A DNA stretch of 32,000 nucleotides from Sinorhizobium meliloti (lineage in GTDB: Bacteria > Pseudomonadota > Alphaproteobacteria > Rhizobiales > Rhizobiaceae). Position 1 is the first letter of the stretch, and each line of letters begins with the position of its first letter. The notes beneath the pieces were generated by a model, which was not told the DNA's origin, searched no databases, and was given only the letters and a program-made list of their open reading frames with translations. The DNA lies in contig NZ_JAGIOS010000003.1 of the NCBI RefSeq assembly GCF_017876815.1, positions 810,001 to 842,000 of the forward strand. The letters run 5' to 3'. A program made the position numbers and the translations under genes. This document shows positions 9,536 through 17,108 of the stretch, piece by piece.

Positions 9536-10483
9536 ATGAAAACGAGTTTTGTGGCGGCTGTCCTGGCCACCGCCCTGATGGCGGGTACCGCATCGGCCGA
9601 GACGATCGGCGTGTCGATGCAGAGCTTCGATAACAACTTTCAAACGCTGCTGCGCGAGGGGCTCGATGCAAGAGCTTCCAAGGTGAGCGGGGTCAACCTT
9701 CAGATCGAGGATGCTCAGACAGACATTTCCAAACAGCGCAGCCAGGTGGACAACTTCATCGCCTCGGGGGTGGACGCAATTATCATGACCTTGGCGGATA
9801 CGTCAGCCGCCGCGGGCATAAGCGAGGATGCGAGCAAAGCAGGGATTCCACTCGTCTACCTCAATCTCGAGCCGGAAAATCTCGATCGGCTGCCTGAGAA
9901 GCAGGTCTATGTCGGTTCGAAGGAGACCGACTCGGGAAGGCTCGGTGCCGAGGCCGCCTGTGAGCTGTTGAAGAAAATTGGCAAGGTGAGCGATGCGCAG
10001 GCCTACATCTTGATGGGCGATTTGGCTCACCAGGCGTCGCGCGATCGCACCTCGTCGGTCAAGGAAACGCTGGTGCAAGGCGATTGCAAGGGCGTGACCA
10101 TCGCCGACGAGCAGTCCGCCGCCTGGACGCGCACCAATGCGATGGACCTGACCACGAACTGGGTCACCGCCGGTCGCCCGATCGACGTGATCTTCGCCAA
10201 CAATGACGAGATGGCGATCGGCGCGATCCAGGCGCTCAAGGCCGCAGGGATGTCGATGGACGATGTGATCGTCGTCGGCATCGATGCGACCCAGGATGCG
10301 CTTGCGGCAATGGCGGCGGGCGATCTGGACGTGACGGTATTCCAGAACGCCAAAGGACAGTCGGCAAGTGCCGTGGATGCTGCCGTCGCGCTCGCTCGGG
10401 GGAAAAGCGTCGACAGGGAGGTTTGGGTGCCCTTCGAACTCGTGACGCCCGAGAACATGGACCAGTACAGCCAGAAGAACTGA
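9536..10483 (+). CDS. Periplasmic sugar/cyclitol-type (PBP type 1, RbsB/MglB-like; MocB-like) substrate-binding protein; orphan
   Basis: ATG 9536 is preceded by GGGAGGATGAG. Signal peptide MKTSFVAAVLATALMAGTASA. Ribose/galactose-binding-protein-like body (IGVSMQSFDNNF, ANNDEMAIGAIQALKAAG, VVGIDAT). No cognate permease or ATPase lies nearby. Confidence 0.85.
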   Translation: MKTSFVAAVLATALMAGTASAETIGVSMQSFDNNFQTLLREGLDARASKVSGVNLQIEDAQTDISKQRSQVDNFIASGVDAIIMTLADTSAAAGISEDASKAGIPLVYLNLEPENLDRLPEKQVYVGSKETDSGRLGAEAACELLKKIGKVSDAQAYILMGDLAHQASRDRTSSVKETLVQGDCKGVTIADEQSAAWTRTNAMDLTTNWVTAGRPIDVIFANNDEMAIGAIQALKAAGMSMDDVIVVGIDATQDALAAMAAGDLDVTVFQNAKGQSASAVDAAVALARGKSVDREVWVPFELVTPENMDQYSQKN

Positions 10484-10491
10484 TCCCCCTG

Positions 10492-10520
10492 ACCGGCGCA
10501 CCTGCCCTGTATGCGCCGGT
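10492..10520 (+). terminator. Stem-loop (9-bp stem, 11-nt loop) just after the binding-protein gene; intrinsic terminator or attenuator candidate
   Basis: ACCGGCGCA-cctgccctgta-TGCGCCGGT, followed by TCATCTTCACTT. It begins 9 nt after the stop at 10483 and ends 23 nt before the reductase start. Confidence 0.45.
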
Positions 10521-10542
10521 TCATCTTCACTTGGAGAATGCG

Positions 10543-11820
10543 ATGGACGGTATCTTCATCATTGGTGCCGGGGAATGCGGCACCCGAGCAGCATTCGCGC
10601 TGCGCGAAGCAGGCTATTCCGGATCGGTCACGCTGATCGGAGCCGAGCCCCATCTGCCCTATGAACGGCCGCCGCTTTCGAAGCCCATGAGCGGTGCGGT
10701 GCAGATGAAATTGATCTGCGCGAAGGAATCGCTGGAGGCGGCCGGCATCGACTATCTTCAGGGTGTGTCGGCCTCGAAGCTGGATGCCGGCGCCGGAATC
10801 CTTACCTTAAGCGACGGGCGGGTGTCGAGGTACGAGAAGCTGCTCCTCGCCACGGGCGCACGTCCGAGACGGCTCGCATGCCCAGGCGCGGAACTCGCGC
10901 TCGACTTCCGCACCCATGCCGACGCCGAGGCGATTTTCGCCAATATTGCGCCAGGGCGGAGCGTTGCGATCATCGGCGGCGGTTTGATCGGAATGGAGCT
11001 TGCGGCGGTGCTTCGCGGAAAAGAGGTCCCGGTCAGCGTGATCGAAGCCGCGCCGAAACCTCTGGGACGAGCCGTCCCTCCGCGCTTTGCCGAAAAGCTG
11101 CACGCCAGGCATGCGGCCGAAGGCGTGCGGTTCCATCTGGGCCGGGGTGTCATGGCACTCAGCGACGATGGGGTTGCTCTGACCGATGGGAGCATGGTGC
11201 CCGCCGATCTCGTCGTTAGCGCCATCGGCGTTTTGCCTGAAACCGCGCTGGCGGACACCGCAGGACTGGCCACGGGTAACGGAATCCTAACCGACGGGCG
11301 TCTCCGCACCAGTGCACCAAACGTTTTCGCCGCAGGTGATTGTGCGGCGGTGGCGCAACCAGGTGGCGGACACACTCGATTTGAAAGCTGGCGGAATGCG
11401 AGGACGCAGGCCGAGACCGTCGCCCGGAACATGGCCGGTGCCACCGAGACTTTTACCGCCATCCCGTGGTTCTGGTCCGATCAGTACGACCTTGGACTCC
11501 AAGTCGCAGGGCTCCCGCAGCCTGCGCAAAAGTGCGTCGTCCGTTCAGTCGCGACCGGCGAGCTTCAGTTCTACCTGGACGATGGGCGCCTTGTGGCTGC
11601 GGCGGGGCTTGGCATCGGCAATGGCTTGGCCAAGGACATCAAGCTGGCCGAGATGTTGATTGCCTCTGGAACGAAGCCGGAGCCCGCAGCATTGGCCGAC
11701 CCAGGCTTGAACCTCAAGGCGCTGTTGAAGAGCGCACGGGCGGCAAAAGCTGCTGATTTTCCAGTCGCTCTGGGCCATGGAACGCCGGCACACGGACGGA
11801 CACGAACGCAGTCTCGATGA
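10543..11820 (+). CDS. FAD/NAD(P)H-dependent ferredoxin reductase (pyridine nucleotide-disulfide oxidoreductase family; MocF-like)
   Basis: ATG 10543. IFIIGAGECGTRAAFALREAG (FAD GxGxxG), VAIIGGGLIGMELAAVL (NAD GxGxxG), FAAGDCA, WFWSDQYD. The last roughly 25 aa look non-native; see the junction finding. Confidence 0.85.
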   Translation: MDGIFIIGAGECGTRAAFALREAGYSGSVTLIGAEPHLPYERPPLSKPMSGAVQMKLICAKESLEAAGIDYLQGVSASKLDAGAGILTLSDGRVSRYEKLLLATGARPRRLACPGAELALDFRTHADAEAIFANIAPGRSVAIIGGGLIGMELAAVLRGKEVPVSVIEAAPKPLGRAVPPRFAEKLHARHAAEGVRFHLGRGVMALSDDGVALTDGSMVPADLVVSAIGVLPETALADTAGLATGNGILTDGRLRTSAPNVFAAGDCAAVAQPGGGHTRFESWRNARTQAETVARNMAGATETFTAIPWFWSDQYDLGLQVAGLPQPAQKCVVRSVATGELQFYLDDGRLVAAAGLGIGNGLAKDIKLAEMLIASGTKPEPAALADPGLNLKALLKSARAAKAADFPVALGHGTPAHGRTRTQSR

Positions 11821-12445
11821 AAACATCGCAGCGATTTCGGGGGCTGGGTTCGATGGGATCAGCGCTCATTATACCAATCGACACGATGTCGTGCGCCTCA
11901 ACGAGGCCATCCGCGGCAGCGGCCTGAAGATCGAAGGCGTCTGCTTCCCGCATTCCGTCGAGGATCTGCGCCTACCGCTGGAGCTTGCCGCGGAATTCCC
12001 GGTAAGCCACATCAATCTTCAACCCGGCATCCGCTTCCGCCTGGTCGAGGACTGCCTGCCGCTGCTCGACGGGTGGATGCGGCTCGCCGAAGATGCGGGC
12101 ATTCCGGTGTTCATCGAAACGCATCGCGACAGGATGACCACGGACCTGTTCTTCACGCTGGATCTGCTGGACCACAGGCCCGATCTGCCGCTTCTGGCCG
12201 ATCTCTCGCATTTCCTGGTCGGCCGCGAATTTGCCGTGCCGGTCGATGCGGAAAATCACGCAATGATCCGGCGCATCCTGCGGAATGCTCAGGCTTTCCA
12301 TGGTCGCGTCGCCTCGCGCGAGCAGGTGCAGATCGAGATCTCCTTTCCGCATCACCGTCCCTGGGTCGATCTCTTCTTGGAGTGGTGGAGCCACGGTTTT
12401 CGCAACTGGCGGTCCCGTGCGGCCGATGACGCCGAGCTCGTCTTC
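11777..12445 (+). pseudogene. Xylose-isomerase-like TIM-barrel (sugar phosphate isomerase/epimerase) gene, truncated at the 3' end and probably lacking its native start
   Basis: GAGFDGISAHY, GIPVFIETHRDRMTTD and LLADLSHFLV are typical of the AP-endonuclease-2/xylose isomerase-like TIM-barrel family. An in-frame KLLIFQSLWA stretch precedes the first ATG, with no ATG, GTG or TTG start codon between it and the upstream in-frame stop. From about 12446 the same ORF continues into IS630 transposase sequence. Confidence 0.6.
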
Positions 12446-12665
12446 ATCATCGGCATGATCGAGGCGTCGAAGGACATCACGCTGAACGAGATGGTTTTGC
12501 GTCTGGAAGAGGACCGATCCGTCTCTATCGGCCGCAGCACCCTCGACGTCTGGCTGCGCAAGCGCGGCTTCATATTCAAAAAAAGACCGCACATGCATTG
12601 GAGCAGGAGCGGCCAGACCTCCTGAAGCGGCGTCAGGACCGGTTCGATGCACAGCTTGATCTCGC
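12446..12665 (+). mobile_element. Internal fragment of an IS630/Tc1-type transposase gene (no ends, no DDE domain)
   Basis: IIGMIEASKDITLNEMVLRLEEDRSVSIGRSTLDVWLRKRGFIFKK, then after a frame change at the A7 run 12578-12584, KKTAHALEQERPDLLKRRQDRFDAQLDL. This matches the HTH-to-linker part of rhizobial IS630-family transposases as I remember them. Confidence 0.6.
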
Positions 12666-12758
12666 GGATGGAGCGCCGACATCATCAATCGCATCGCCGA
12701 AAATCCCGCAAATGGGATCGACGAACTCCTTCCTTGGAACTGGTCCACCCAATCATAG
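12666..12758 (+). mobile_element. 3'-terminal fragment of an IS66-family transposase (TnpC) gene
   Basis: Frame 0 reads GWSADIINRIAENPANGIDELLPWNWSTQS-stop. The ...RIAE.P...IDELLPWNW ending is the conserved extreme C-terminus of IS66-family transposases. The fragment is joined directly to the IS630 fragment. Confidence 0.55.
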
Positions 12759-12787
12759 TGTCCACTTAAATCCACAGTGGACACTAT
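12755..12787. repeat. Perfect 12-bp inverted repeat with 9-nt spacer (ATAGTGTCCACT-taaatccac-AGTGGACACTAT)
   Basis: Read directly from the sequence. It overlaps the stop codon of the IS66 remnant. It may be part of an IS terminal region. Confidence 0.6.
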
Positions 12788-12926
12788 CCGGCTCCAGACC
12801 GAATGCTTCCCGCAGTCGATACTTTATGCGATCTTCGTGGCCGTCGAGGAGGCGCCTTGCAGCTCCACGCCACCAACGGGCCCGCTGCCGTGACCTCCGT
12901 TTGTCACCGTCGAGCAATCGACCAGC

Positions 12927-14720
12927 GTGCTGTCGGGAATGTCGGCCGCACTGCGCCCGTTTGGCCCAGGTGGCGTTGGGCGGGACGAAGTCATCGGTCT
13001 CGTGTCGCTGGTACTCTGGACGCTGACCGCCATCGTGACCATCAAATATGTGCTCGTTCTGCTTCGGGCCGACAACGAGGGTGAGGGTGGCACTTTGTCC
13101 CTGCTCGCCCTGTTGCTGAAGAAGGGCACCAAATATCCGGTCCTCATGTTTTTTGCCGGCGTTCTAGGCGCCGCCCTGTTCATCGGTGACGCGATGATCA
13201 CCCCGGCGCTGTCGGTACTGTCGGCCGTTGAGGGTTTGAAGCTCGTCGCGCCGGCGCTTCACGACTACGTTCTGCCGATCTCCGTCGTGATAATCCTGCT
13301 GCTTTTTGCCGTCCAGTCACGCGGGACCGGTGCCGTTTCCGTCTTCTTCGGCCCGATCACGCTCGTTTGGTTTCTCGTGATGGCAGCTGCCGGCGTTGCG
13401 CATATAGGCGACGATCTGGCGATCCTTTCGGCTTTTAACCCGCTCAATGCGATCGGTTTTTTATGGAATGCCGGCCTCATCGGCTTTATCGTACTCGGCG
13501 CCATCTTCCTCACCGTGACCGGAGCTGAAGCGCTTTATGCCGATCTGGGCCATTTCGGTCGCCATTCCATCCAGGCAGCCTGGTTTGCGGTCGTCTTTCC
13601 CGCCCTCGCGTTGAACTATCTCGGGCAGGGCGCGCTGGTTTTGTCCCATCCCGATGCCATCTCCAATCCGTTTTTCCTGATGTTTCCAAGCTGGGCCTTG
13701 TTGCCGATGGTGATCCTTGCCACGGCCGCAACGATCATCGCCAGCCAGTCGGTGATCACCGGAGCCTTTTCGCTTATACGGCAAGCGATCCATCTCGGCT
13801 TCCTGCCCCGCTTCGAAATCTGCTACACCTCGGAAACGCAAACGGGTCAGATTTACCTGCCCTTGGTCAACACCATCCTTTTGACCGGTGTTCTCGCCCT
13901 CATGCTGATGTTCGGTAGCTCCGAAGCCCTTGCCCCCGCATACGGCGTATCCATTACGGGCGCGATGGTGATCGATACCATTCTCGCCTTCGAATTCGTT
14001 CGGCGCCAATGGGGCTGGCCCGCTTTGACAGCCATAGCTGTCCTGCTTCCCCTGTTCAGTCTCGAACTGGTCTTCCTCGGCGCCAATCTGTTGAAGGTTC
14101 ACCACGGGGGCTACGTGCCCATCCTCATCGCCGGCACCTTGATCACGATGATGTGGACCTGGCGGAAGGGTGTCAGCGTGCTGCGCGAGAAGACCGCCCG
14201 TCAGGACATCCCGCTGAGCCAGTTCATGGCCATAGTCGAACGAAAGTCCGAGCATGCTCCTGTCCAAGTCCCCGGAACAGCGATCTTCCTGACCGCCACG
14301 CCCGACACGACGCCGGCAGTTCTGTTGCACAACATCAAGCACAATCACGTCCTTCATCAGCACAACGTCATCATGACCATCAAGACCGCCCGGGTCCCTT
14401 ACGTGCCCGAGAAGGACCGCTACACAATTACAAAGCTGTCTGATCGGTTCAGCCTGCTGGAGCTGAGGTTCGGCTTCATGGACGATCAGAATGTCTCACG
14501 GGCGCTGGCGCGCTGTCGAAAGGAGGGTTTCAAGTTCGAGATCATGTCGACGTCCTTTTATCTCGGCCGGCGCAAGCTGATAGCCGACCCCCAGTCAGGG
14601 CTGCCCCAATGGCAAGACAAGCTCTTCATCGCCATGGCGGACTCGGCGATTGATCCAACCGAGTACTTTCATCTGCCAGCTAATCGAGTCGTCGAGCTGG
14701 GAGAGCAAGTCATTATCTAA
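12927..14720 (+). CDS. kup: KUP/HAK/KT-family potassium uptake protein, lacking the conserved N-terminus (possibly a pseudogene)
   Basis: 597-aa ORF from GTG 12927. Kup-family motifs throughout ([49 protein letters not shown]), plus a C-terminal cytoplasmic domain. The family-typical N-terminal GVVYGDIGTSPLY segment is not encoded in any frame upstream. There is an in-frame TGA at 12891-12893. Confidence 0.8.
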   Translation: MLSGMSAALRPFGPGGVGRDEVIGLVSLVLWTLTAIVTIKYVLVLLRADNEGEGGTLSLLALLLKKGTKYPVLMFFAGVLGAALFIGDAMITPALSVLSAVEGLKLVAPALHDYVLPISVVIILLLFAVQSRGTGAVSVFFGPITLVWFLVMAAAGVAHIGDDLAILSAFNPLNAIGFLWNAGLIGFIVLGAIFLTVTGAEALYADLGHFGRHSIQAAWFAVVFPALALNYLGQGALVLSHPDAISNPFFLMFPSWALLPMVILATAATIIASQSVITGAFSLIRQAIHLGFLPRFEICYTSETQTGQIYLPLVNTILLTGVLALMLMFGSSEALAPAYGVSITGAMVIDTILAFEFVRRQWGWPALTAIAVLLPLFSLELVFLGANLLKVHHGGYVPILIAGTLITMMWTWRKGVSVLREKTARQDIPLSQFMAIVERKSEHAPVQVPGTAIFLTATPDTTPAVLLHNIKHNHVLHQHNVIMTIKTARVPYVPEKDRYTITKLSDRFSLLELRFGFMDDQNVSRALARCRKEGFKFEIMSTSFYLGRRKLIADPQSGLPQWQDKLFIAMADSAIDPTEYFHLPANRVVELGEQVII

Positions 14721-14791
14721 GTGCGCACTCCGCGCTAGCAGCGGCATCACCGGGCATCAGCCGCGCGTAGCTAGATCTGGACCCAGTTTAA

Positions 14792-14816
14792 GGAACATTT
14801 CAACAAGCAAGCGGTT
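14792..14816 (+). promoter_or_regulatory. Weak EcfG/RpoE2-type promoter-like motif (GGAAC-N16-GGTT)
   Basis: GGAAC at 14792-14796 and GGTT at 14813-14816. This is one mismatch to the GGAAC-N16/17-CGTT general-stress consensus. It lies about 190 nt upstream of the small ORF at 15004. Confidence 0.2.
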
Positions 14817-14893
14817 AAAAGAGAGTTCCTATTCAGACGGAAGTTCTCCGCTGAAACGTTGGCTTAGCGGACAATCGCACAAGTCGACCAACT

Positions 14894-14924
14894 GCAGCGC
14901 TCCTTTTCAATCCGGGAGCGCTGC
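14894..14924. terminator. GC-rich stem-loop (10-bp stem GCAGCGCTCC / GGAGCGCTGC, 11-nt loop)
   Basis: Read directly. It sits between kup and the small-ORF region. No clear U-tract on either strand. Confidence 0.3.
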
Positions 14925-15003
14925 CCTTCTTGGCGCCTCTTAGCTTTCGACAGATTCATGCGGAACATACCGTCGCCTGCGCGATAGACGGAGGGAAACC
15001 CGA

Positions 15004-15102
15004 ATGGACCCGGTCAACGTCGCTGGCATCATGATTCTCCTTGGTATCGTTGCGATATTTGCCATGACCTGGCTCGCGGCCTTAGGAGTAAATCGGGACT
15101 GA
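15004..15102 (+). CDS. Hypothetical 32-aa single-TM peptide
   Basis: MDPVNVAGIMILLGIVAIFAMTWLAALGVNRD. GGAGGG lies 8 nt upstream of the ATG. No homolog recognised, and it is too short for the ORF track. Confidence 0.3.
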   Translation: MDPVNVAGIMILLGIVAIFAMTWLAALGVNRD

Positions 15103-15656
15103 GATGCAGTTAGATCAGCTGTTGAAATCCCAAGAAAGCCGTAGATCGCGATCACGAGCAGGACGAGGACCAGCAGTAGAATGATTATCCTCGATCCTCT
15201 CTTGGCCATTCCGAGGTGCAATAAGAGTCTACAACTAGGTTTGAATAGGACTGAAGTCTAACGCCAAAGAGCTTCTGCAATCTCGGCCGGTCTGACAACC
15301 TCCCTCGTCCACCCCTTTTAATTATCCGACAGTTTCGCGCCGCGGAGCCCGGCTGGGACTGGCGGCCGCCGCTGCCGGTCCAGCGTGGGTTGATCAACAT
15401 TCCGCCCCTATCGATCCCTAACATTTCAGCGAATCACGTGAACCGCTTGCTTGCCTTATAGAGACGGCTCTCGGCCGTTACGAAGATGGAGCCGCTGCTC
15501 TTATGCTGTTTCGTAGGATGCACGGTGAGGCGGGTTAGCACTGTGCGACCCGCAGGCTTTAGCGGCTCGCCGTCCTTCTGCTCTGTTTAGAACTCGAAAT
15601 CATACCTGGACGCCCTAACTTCCATTCTCGTCTTCAATGTTGAACATCATCGAGAG

Positions 15657-17102
15657 GTGAACGTGGCAGAGCGCAAGAAGCAGACAGTGGTGAGCTCTGG
15701 TATCTCTGGGCTAGACGAAATCCTCCGCGGCGGCTTGCCAGCATCAAATCTCTACATCGTCCAGGGCGCACCGGGGTCGGGCAAGACGACCGCGGCGCTG
15801 CAATTCCTCCGCGCTGGTGTCGCGCTGGGCGAGCCCTGCATTTATGTCAGCCTGTCTCAGACCAGAGCCGAGTTGGAGGCGATCGCGCGGTCGCACGGCT
15901 GGACCCTCGATGGAATCCGCGTGGAGGAACTTTCCGCTTCAGATTCGATAAACCGGGCCGCCGACCAGACCATCTTCCAGACGACTGAACTCCGTCTGGA
16001 CGAGACGAGAAAAGCGATCGAAAGCGCAATCGAAGAGCATAAGCCGAGCCGATTGGTTTATGATTCCCTGTTGGAAATCCGGCTGATTACCGCCGATTCA
16101 CCCCGATTCCGACGCGAGCTGATCGCCTTCAAAGCGTTCCTCGCCCAGCGCAACATCGTGGCACTGTTGCTCGACACGCAAACCTCCGAGACGGATCGAA
16201 CGGGCGAAGAGGTCGACGGCATCGCCCACGGGGTCATTCGCCTGGACAAATCACTCGAAGAATATGGGGGCGTTCGCCGCCGCATTGAGGTGAGTAAGAT
16301 GCGTGGCGTTCCCGTCGCCGATGGCTATCACGACATGGCGATCCGCGAGGGCGAAGGCGTCGTCGTGTTCCCGCGAATCGTACCGGGTGCGGCGGCGAGA
16401 ACCGTCAAGCCGCAGCTGATCAAGTCGGGTGTCGATACTCTGGACGAAATGTTCGGCGGCGGGCAGGAATCGGGAACGACAACGCTCGTCATAGGCCAGG
16501 CGGGCACCGGTAAATCGACGATGGCGTCGCTCTATGCGACTGCAGCCCTCAAGCGCGGTGAAAGTGTTGGGCTCTTCCTGTTCGAGGAACGAATCGAGAC
16601 ATTCTTCCGGCGCTCCGAGGGGCTGGGAATGGCTCTGCGTCAGTTCCATGAGGATGGCCAGCTGATCCTCCGCGACTTCAATCCCAACGAGATCTCGCCG
16701 GGAGAGTTCGGCCAGATCGTCCAGCAATCGGTGAACAGTGAAAAGGTGAAGGTCGTCGTAATCGACAGCTTCACTGGATATTTGAATTCGCTGCCACATC
16801 GTGAGAAAGCGGTTCGCGACATACAGTCGCTCCTCAAATATCTCGCCCGGGCCGGCGTCCTCACGATTCTCATCGTCGCGCAACACGGTCTGCTCGGCCA
16901 GGGCGTAGGCATTGACGTCGATGTGAGCTTTCTGGGTGACACCGTGCTTCTGCTGCGAATTGCGGAACACGAGGGCAGGCTCCGGCGCAGCATCACGGTC
17001 GTGAAGAAGCGGCATGGCCCGCACGATCTCGATGTACGCGAATTGTTCATTCAAAGCTCGGGCGTCTCGGTGATCGCGTATAACCCGCTCCCGGAGGTGT
17101 GA
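15657..17102 (+). CDS. kaiC: KaiC-family double RecA-like-domain ATPase
   Basis: Two KaiC-type domains. Walker A GAPGSGKT and GQAGTGKS; Walker B RLVYDS and VVVIDS; KMRG and KKRHG motifs. GTG 15657 or, better spaced from GAGAGG, GTG 15663. Confidence 0.88.
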   Translation: MNVAERKKQTVVSSGISGLDEILRGGLPASNLYIVQGAPGSGKTTAALQFLRAGVALGEPCIYVSLSQTRAELEAIARSHGWTLDGIRVEELSASDSINRAADQTIFQTTELRLDETRKAIESAIEEHKPSRLVYDSLLEIRLITADSPRFRRELIAFKAFLAQRNIVALLLDTQTSETDRTGEEVDGIAHGVIRLDKSLEEYGGVRRRIEVSKMRGVPVADGYHDMAIREGEGVVVFPRIVPGAAARTVKPQLIKSGVDTLDEMFGGGQESGTTTLVIGQAGTGKSTMASLYATAALKRGESVGLFLFEERIETFFRRSEGLGMALRQFHEDGQLILRDFNPNEISPGEFGQIVQQSVNSEKVKVVVIDSFTGYLNSLPHREKAVRDIQSLLKYLARAGVLTILIVAQHGLLGQGVGIDVDVSFLGDTVLLLRIAEHEGRLRRSITVVKKRHGPHDLDVRELFIQSSGVSVIAYNPLPEV

Positions 17103-17108
17103 TCGCTC

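Noticed and set aside
12578-12584. A7 run as a programmed ribosomal frameshift site in the IS630-type gene
   Set aside because: The fragment lacks the whole DDE catalytic domain and both ends, so a functional frameshift signal is moot. It is more likely a slippage mutation in a dead gene.
12813-12926. In-frame SILYA.. stretch upstream of kup as a relic of the GDIGTSPLYA motif
   Set aside because: Only S-x-LYA matches. The distance to the next conserved block is about twice that in known Kup proteins, and a TGA intervenes. It is probably coincidence.
15486-15590. 34-codon Cys-rich mini-ORF (MEPLLLCCFVGCTVRR..) upstream of kaiC
   Set aside because: No convincing SD and poor codon character. 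I found no supporting feature.
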